Origin: an uncultured Candidatus Saccharibacteria bacterium
Lineage (GTDB): Bacteria > Patescibacteriota > Minisyncoccia > Phycocordibacterales > PALSA-1337
Reading direction: 5' to 3'
NCBI GenBank assembly: GCA_964403205.1
Contig: CAYOER010000002.1
Coordinates: 4,259-68,258 of the forward strand
Length of the DNA stretch: 64,000 nucleotides
The notes below the pieces were generated by a model that did no database searches, was not told the DNA's origin, and saw only the letters and a list, made by a program, of their open reading frames with translations. Below are positions 58,657-64,000 of the stretch, one piece after another (within the stretch, counting starts at the first letter, position 1; each line of letters begins with the position of its first letter). The position numbers and the translations under genes were made by a program.

Positions 58657-59967
58657 ATGCATACATTTGATCTATCTCTTGACCATATTACGAAAGTAGA
58701 AGGCAATGCTTCACTACATCTCTCTGTAGAAGATAATAAGGTTAAGAGTGTAAAGTTTGCTATAGTAGAGAGCAAGCGCTTCTTCACAGAGGCTATGAAA
58801 GGAAAAACTATAGGATCTATACCACAGCATCTATCTAGAATATGTGGTACATGCTCGAACGCTCATCTACTCTGTGCTATAGAAGCATGTGAGGATGCTC
58901 TAGATATAGAAGTTTCAGAGCAGACAAAAATAATGCGTGCACTCACTGTACATGGACTTATTATCCGTGATCATGCTCTACACCTATACATATTCTGTTT
59001 ACCAGATATATACGGAGTAGATGCCTTCCTAGATCTAGATGAGAATATTCCAGAGCAACATCAGATATTACATGATGCTTTCGATATAAAGTCCGCTGGG
59101 AATTATCTAGCAACCCTCATAGCCGGTAGGAGTGTACATGCTATATACCCTACACTCGGTGGTTATCTGCATTTCCCAGAGAAAGACGGTATAGATGAGG
59201 CAATAAAGAAATTGAAATCTATACGTGAGGCAGTATTACGTACAGTAGAAATATTCAAGAATTCCCCATTCCATTTTGATCGTAAAACGCATTATATGGC
59301 GCTTATACCTGATAAGACATTTGGCTATCTCTATGGATCTATAGAGACGAGTCTCGGAGAGAAATATGGTGAGGAAGAATTCCGCTCCCATCTAGAACAT
59401 GTAGTACTTCCATATTCCCAAGCATCTGCATATACATATGATAAAGAAGGTTATATGGTAGGTTCTCTAGCACGTATAAATCTAGCAAAGGATAGATTAC
59501 ATCCGAAAACAAAAGAGTCACTGAAAGATACATTGAAACTATTCCCTTCTACTGATATTTTCTATAATAATCTAGCTCAAGCTATTGAAATACTACATTC
59601 TGTAGATGAATCAATAGATCTATTAACACAGAATACATTCAGGGCTGAGCCAATAATAAAAAAAGAAATGAAGGAAAGCGTAGGTATAGGCGTAGTAGAG
59701 GCACCACGCGGTACGCTATATCACAAGGTAGTACTCGGAGCAGATGGTAAGATAAAAGAAGGTGAAGTCATAGTACCTACAGGACAGAATCAGATAAATA
59801 TTGAAAGGGATATAGCGACTCTAGTAGAGAGACTACTTCCAGATACGTCTAAAGAGCAGATAACTGTAGAAATAGAAAAACTAATAAGGGCATATGATCC
59901 ATGTATGAGCTGTGCATCACATTTTTTGAAAATAAAATGGAACGAAAAAAAGAAGAGGGTTAAATAG
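58657..59967 (+). CDS. [NiFe]-hydrogenase large (catalytic) subunit
   Basis: N-terminal RICGTCSNAH (RxCGxCxxxH). C-terminal DPCMSCASH (DPCxxCxxH). Confidence 0.8.
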   Translation: MHTFDLSLDHITKVEGNASLHLSVEDNKVKSVKFAIVESKRFFTEAMKGKTIGSIPQHLSRICGTCSNAHLLCAIEACEDALDIEVSEQTKIMRALTVHGLIIRDHALHLYIFCLPDIYGVDAFLDLDENIPEQHQILHDAFDIKSAGNYLATLIAGRSVHAIYPTLGGYLHFPEKDGIDEAIKKLKSIREAVLRTVEIFKNSPFHFDRKTHYMALIPDKTFGYLYGSIETSLGEKYGEEEFRSHLEHVVLPYSQASAYTYDKEGYMVGSLARINLAKDRLHPKTKESLKDTLKLFPSTDIFYNNLAQAIEILHSVDESIDLLTQNTFRAEPIIKKEMKESVGIGVVEAPRGTLYHKVVLGADGKIKEGEVIVPTGQNQINIERDIATLVERLLPDTSKEQITVEIEKLIRAYDPCMSCASHFLKIKWNEKKKRVK

Positions 59968-60691
59968 TTTGATTTGCAAATTCAATATTTTTCAATGTAT
60001 ATTTCTTTAGATTTTTCTGTTGCTTTTTATCTATTACTTCACAAGGTATACCCCAATGTATAGAGACTATTTGACCTATCTTTATCTGTTCAATATCATA
60101 TTCTGATTCCAATTGCCTAGTCAGAGTTCTAGTGATAGCTGTGCCGAAAGAGAACTTCCCTTTCATATAGATTATCGGCTCTGTAAGAACAGTAATATTT
60201 TTACCAGAAACAGCAGTTACTATACCAGAATTTATACAGCATTCATTCATACTATCTACCTTCTGTGCAATATTTGCATCCTTATTGTGTCGCCAGACAT
60301 TCAATACATGGAAAGAATGATGTGGTAATGCACCTTGACCTATTTTTTCTTCTAACCATAGAAACTCTCTTTTATCTATTTTATCTTTTATATGAAGATC
60401 ATCAATAAGAAATCTGTGTAAATTTCTCTTCTCTATAGTCTCTAGTAGACTATTACCCAGCCAATACGCCTCTACTACACGTCTATCAAAAGGATCTTTT
60501 ATATTATTTTCTCTAGCTATATATTTCAAATATGGATAAAGTGTCTGGAATTGCTTCAAAAGATGGTGTAAACCAAAATCGTTTTTCCCGCTTTCTATAA
60601 GATCGTGTAATTCTTTACTAGCATCTGGACCACAATAGTGAAGACGATTGGGACCAAAGGAATATCTACTACATAACATAATGCCTTCCAT
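59960..60691 (-). CDS. Hypothetical Cys-rich protein (start taken at MEGIML; the listed ORF is probably N-terminally over-extended)
   Basis: CSRYSFGPNRLHYCGP...ECCINSG. Sits between the hydrogenase structural genes and the maturation protease. Confidence 0.25.
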   Translation of the reverse strand: MEGIMLCSRYSFGPNRLHYCGPDASKELHDLIESGKNDFGLHHLLKQFQTLYPYLKYIARENNIKDPFDRRVVEAYWLGNSLLETIEKRNLHRFLIDDLHIKDKIDKREFLWLEEKIGQGALPHHSFHVLNVWRHNKDANIAQKVDSMNECCINSGIVTAVSGKNITVLTEPIIYMKGKFSFGTAITRTLTRQLESEYDIEQIKIGQIVSIHWGIPCEVIDKKQQKNLKKYTLKNIEFANQTI

Positions 60692-60757
60692 ATTGCCATT
60701 GTAGCAAATAATCATTATTTTTGATAAAGTTACCCTAGATAAGAGAAAGTAAAAACA

Positions 60758-61177
60758 ATGAGTACACCAATGACAGGTGAGAGACTCTTCCTGCGCTATG
60801 TATGGCCATGTGCAAGAGTGAGACTCGATGCAAAGAAAATAAGCCAACAACAATATAATGAACTCGAGGAAACAGTAAGAAATGATAGCGAACCTAGAAA
60901 GCAATTATTAGCTGTGTGTTTCCCTGGAGCATATAAAGATATAACAAACTGGAGTTATGAGTTTGTAGTCCATTATTGGCGATATATCCATCGTCATGAT
61001 GATGAACCGGTTCAAAAAGATGTATGGCAAGCCATAGTTATAGAGACACCTGATTCGCAGTTTGTAAGTCTACAAATCAGTGATAGACATATCATCGCTA
61101 TCAATGAATACCGTATTCCATTACGGGCTGGCGATATAGTCTATGGACATAAACATATGATAGTTGAGAAAATCTGA
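60758..61177 (+). CDS. Hypothetical protein (139 aa)
   Basis: ORF only. Confidence 0.25.
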   Translation: MSTPMTGERLFLRYVWPCARVRLDAKKISQQQYNELEETVRNDSEPRKQLLAVCFPGAYKDITNWSYEFVVHYWRYIHRHDDEPVQKDVWQAIVIETPDSQFVSLQISDRHIIAINEYRIPLRAGDIVYGHKHMIVEKI

Positions 61178-61255
61178 ATGAGGGAATTCAGATAAACGTT
61201 GCTCCTAGTGGGCACGTTTTTTTATTTAGAAAATTAATTATTTATTTTTTTAGAT

Positions 61256-61648
61256 TTACTTATATAGAGAGTTAATTATCATCACAATCTCAGAAATTGC
61301 TTTCTTTTTACTAATATTAACTGGAATACCAATTATTTTTATCTTATCTATTTTGCCTAGTTTCATTAGAAGACGAATATTAGCAAAAGCATCAAAGTCA
61401 TGCATGGAAACTCTAGGTGCGTTATCAAATTTCAATATATCATTATAAACAGTTATTTTCTTTATACCTACAACAGTATCAATTATAATCAAATTATTTG
61501 GTATATCCCATTCTTCATTTGGATCTTTCAATTCAAAAGTGATATTTGGAAATTCTTTATTTAATTCTGGTAAAATTTCTAAAGGAAGTGAATCTCCTTT
61601 CAAATCTGCATTACCAAATACAAAAATAGTCATATTATTTATAGCCAT
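61256..61648 (-). CDS. Hydrogenase maturation endopeptidase (HycI/HybD family)
   Basis: IFVFGNADLKGDSLP (GNxxxxDDGxG-like) and SMHDFDAFANIRLL (His ligand motif). Confidence 0.65.
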   Translation of the reverse strand: MAINNMTIFVFGNADLKGDSLPLEILPELNKEFPNITFELKDPNEEWDIPNNLIIIDTVVGIKKITVYNDILKFDNAPRVSMHDFDAFANIRLLMKLGKIDKIKIIGIPVNISKKKAISEIVMIINSLYK

Positions 61649-61746
61649 ATTATATTCATAATATCATATTATCCACAATTCAATCTTATCAATATAATCA
61701 TAAATGATACAATTATAGACATTATTATAATAACTAAATTAGTTAT

Positions 61747-62124
61747 ATGGATATCACAATTTTAGTAACAAAGATATTAGCAATATATCTTGTAGTTAGT
61801 GGTGTATTTCTTATTATGAAAGGTAGAACAGTGCCTCATATGCTTAGGGATTTCTTTGACCACCCAGCTATGACATATCTGACTGGTATTATACTAGTCT
61901 TCCTATCATCTATGTATCTTATACAATACAATATCTGGAATGGTACATGGAAAACTGTAATAACAGTTTTTGTATGGATAGTACTAATAAAGGGTCTAGC
62001 ATATATCTTTACACCTGGCATGTTGAGCAAAATGGTAATAAATAAATCCAGAGGCCTATTCAGCGCTTATGGTCTAATATCTATTGCTATAGGTCTATAT
62101 CTCTTCTTCTTACTTACAAAATAG
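61747..62124 (+). CDS. Polytopic membrane protein (4 TM)
   Basis: Hydrophobic helices only. Confidence 0.3.
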   Translation: MDITILVTKILAIYLVVSGVFLIMKGRTVPHMLRDFFDHPAMTYLTGIILVFLSSMYLIQYNIWNGTWKTVITVFVWIVLIKGLAYIFTPGMLSKMVINKSRGLFSAYGLISIAIGLYLFFLLTK

Positions 62125-62180
62125 CACTATATTCAGTTATCTTGACAAAATATCTATGATGTAATATAGTAAAGGACTAT

Positions 62181-63323
62181 ATGTACAGAAGACAGATAAG
62201 AAGATCCCGTCCGGGACAGAAGCAGTTTCGTGATATTTCAAAATTCATAAATAAAGCTTCTCCTATATTAGACAATAAGCCATATGTATCAATAAACTCT
62301 TTCTCAAGTTTTGCTATTAGTGAAACTCTAAAGAAAAATGTTATAAATGCAGGCTATATTCACCCTACCCCGATACAAGATCAGGCTATTCCATATATAT
62401 TGAATAATAGAGATATTGTTGGTATTGCCAATACAGGAACAGGTAAAACTGCAGCTTTTATTATTCCACTTTTAAATAAAGTAGTTAACGATAGAAATCA
62501 GAATGTATTGATCATGACACCGACAAGAGAGCTTGCAATACAGATCAATCAAGAATTAATAAAATTTGCAAAAGATCTAAATATCTTCTCTGTTTCAACT
62601 GTTGGTGGAATGTCTATATCAAAGCAGATAAGTGATCTACAACATAGACATAATTTTATCATTGGAACTCCGGGCAGAATAAAAGATCTAGTGAAGAGAA
62701 ACTGTATAGATCTGAAGAGATGCCAGAATGTGGTACTAGATGAAAGTGATAGAATGCTTGATATGGGATTTATAAATGATATGCGTTTTCTATTGTCTAT
62801 AATGCCGAAGAATCGTCATACATTATTCTTTTCAGCTACATTGTCTAGTGATATAAAAAATTTAATAAAAGAATTCCTGAATAATCCAGTGAGTATTTCT
62901 GTAAAGACTGGTGATACTGCTCGTGGTGTAGACCAAGATGTAGTGTATGTAAAAGATAAAATAAAATTCGATCTATTGCATTCCCTATTAACTAAAGATG
63001 AATTCAAAAAAGTATTGGTATTCGGAAGAACAAAGATGGGTGTGGAGAAGCTATCGAAACAACTTTCTAATAAAGGCCATAGAGTAGAATCTATACATGG
63101 TAATAAGAATCATAGTCAGAGACAGAGAGCATTATCCCAATTCAAAGAAAATAAAAGCCAAATATTAGTAGCAACAGATGTAGCAGCTCGTGGACTAGAT
63201 ATACCAGATATAAGCCATGTTATAAACTATGAGCTCCCTTCTACATACGAAGACTATATACATCGTATTGGGCGTACTGGACGTGGTGGAAAAACAGGAA
63301 AAGCACTTACTTTTATAGATTAA
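62181..63323 (+). CDS. DEAD-box ATP-dependent RNA helicase (DESD variant of motif II)
   Basis: Q-motif region, GTGKTAAF, PTRELAIQ, LDESDRML, SAT, HRIGRTGRGG. Confidence 0.85.
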   Translation: MYRRQIRRSRPGQKQFRDISKFINKASPILDNKPYVSINSFSSFAISETLKKNVINAGYIHPTPIQDQAIPYILNNRDIVGIANTGTGKTAAFIIPLLNKVVNDRNQNVLIMTPTRELAIQINQELIKFAKDLNIFSVSTVGGMSISKQISDLQHRHNFIIGTPGRIKDLVKRNCIDLKRCQNVVLDESDRMLDMGFINDMRFLLSIMPKNRHTLFFSATLSSDIKNLIKEFLNNPVSISVKTGDTARGVDQDVVYVKDKIKFDLLHSLLTKDEFKKVLVFGRTKMGVEKLSKQLSNKGHRVESIHGNKNHSQRQRALSQFKENKSQILVATDVAARGLDIPDISHVINYELPSTYEDYIHRIGRTGRGGKTGKALTFID

Positions 63324-63364
63324 TAGGTAGAAAATATAGTATAATTCGGTATAGAAAGCACCTC

Positions 63365-63841
63365 GTGAACAATATGAGAATTCTAATTTTTCTGATTCTA
63401 TTCCCAATCTTTGTATTTACCTATCGCCTTTATAAGCGTATAGGTAGACGCTGTGATTGTGGAGCAGTATTCGAGCTCAAGCGCTATCACTATATCCATC
63501 TTGCAAATGATGAATCCATATCAATATGGACATCAGGGAAGACTGGTAAGAGACGTTGGCGCTGGTGGATACGGAGAGTTTATAGTATTACGTTCTCTGT
63601 TTGTAATCGTTGTAATGCTATGGTGATATGGAAAACTAGCAAATGTCCTATTTCACTTTGGCATGCATGGTGGGTCAAGCTATTCAAACCAAATCAATAC
63701 AGACAACATCCAAGGCTTGGTAGTTTCGAAACTACCATGTATCTCGAAGCATTGAGTATGAAAGGACTCAATCATCTAAAAGCGGGACATAAAGACTCGC
63801 CAAAAGATACACCACCAATAGAGCTTAATCTAGATCTCTAA
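63365..63841 (+). CDS. Hypothetical Cys-rich basic protein
   Basis: CDCG...CNRCN...CP spacing suggests zinc binding. N-terminal TM helix. Confidence 0.3.
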   Translation: MNNMRILIFLILFPIFVFTYRLYKRIGRRCDCGAVFELKRYHYIHLANDESISIWTSGKTGKRRWRWWIRRVYSITFSVCNRCNAMVIWKTSKCPISLWHAWWVKLFKPNQYRQHPRLGSFETTMYLEALSMKGLNHLKAGHKDSPKDTPPIELNLDL

Positions 63842-63850
63842 ACCACTATA

Positions 63851-63885
63851 CACCGCTCTGCCTTCAGCATAGCGGTTGTTTTTTA
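63851..63885 (+). terminator. Intrinsic terminator after the 63365..63841 gene
   Basis: caccgct...agcggttg hairpin followed by ttgtttttt. Confidence 0.45.
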
Positions 63886-64000
63886 AACAAAAAAGAACTC
63901 CGAAGAGTCCTCTTTTGTATGTACATAAAAAGATAAACTGCTATTACATAGGTTGAGATGCATCAGAACCCTTGCAAGCACTACAATTCTTCTTATGAGT

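Noticed and set aside
60758-60904. Apparent overlap of the 59960..60904 minus-strand ORF with the 60758..61177 plus-strand ORF
   Set aside because: The minus-strand ORF very likely starts at an internal Met (MEGIML, about 60691). Its N-terminal 70 codons are Cys/Phe-rich low-complexity sequence typical of over-extension. With that start there is no overlap.
1-64000. CRISPR arrays / cas genes
   Set aside because: No regularly spaced short direct repeats with unique spacers were found anywhere. The repeated elements seen are terminator/promoter modules and att-like repeats with non-CRISPR spacing.
1-64000. Alternative genetic code (UGA as Gly, code 25) as in some low-GC candidate-phyla lineages
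   Set aside because: Many long ORFs (945, 766, 675, 647 aa) are intact under the standard code, and domain boundaries end at TAA/TAG/TGA without obvious read-through needs. The standard code is assumed.

Overview
This is a low-GC (about 30%) bacterial chromosomal window that appears to use the standard genetic code. It has three parts.

(1) Positions 1-21.5 kb are a housekeeping backbone. It carries an mreB-mreC-mreD-pbp2 operon and a second mreB paralog. It also carries proS, rseP, frr, a holB-like gene, murA, a priA-like gene with degenerate ATPase motifs, a fused def-fmt ORF, hpf and a DUF167 gene. Embedded in it is a 5.3-kb surface-protein/toxin-antitoxin block: a cohesin-like protein, a dockerin protein, a 945-aa Ig-like repeat protein, an XRE regulator and a DUF2283/DUF4258 pair. 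The block is bracketed by two ~82-bp direct repeats that each sit upstream of a toxin gene. A GC-rich ORF-free stretch next to frr is a candidate structured ncRNA, possibly RNase P RNA. There is also a HAF-repeat/PEP-CTERM surface protein.

(2) Positions 21.5-47.4 kb are an integrated mobile element at tRNA-Asn(GTT). A large serine recombinase lies at the junction and its 3' end overlaps the tRNA. The tRNA 3' end is repeated three more times at about 46.6, 47.07 (degenerate) and 47.43 kb. The element carries two beta-class DNA methyltransferases (one ParB-fused), a primase/AAA_25-type replication protein, an iteron-like repeat region, an FtsK/SpoIIIE-like translocase and a Type III restriction-modification system (mod/res). 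It also contains a GC-rich (about 45-50%) insert encoding a divergent adenylosuccinate-synthetase (PurA)-like enzyme, a vWA protein, a small acidic protein and a protein-kinase-like protein with catalytic-loop substitutions. I flag these as a candidate undescribed conflict/defense module.

(3) Positions 46-54.3 kb are a same-strand array of small cargo genes. They include an NrtR-like regulator, HhH, NUDIX, SDR, a metzincin and secreted/membrane proteins. Three share a conserved promoter module and six are followed by a conserved terminator module. This region also has a ~109-bp duplication.

The right-hand backbone (54.6-64 kb) encodes a PG-binding protein, a PAS protein, an ECF sigma factor, a NifU-like protein, a ferredoxin, a FAD oxidoreductase, group-3-like [NiFe] hydrogenase small and large subunits, a hydrogenase maturation protease and a DEAD-box helicase.

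No CRISPR array or rRNA was seen. All calls are from reading the sequence and ORF translations by eye, with no searches run. The lineage guess (Patescibacteria/CPR-like) is weak inference.
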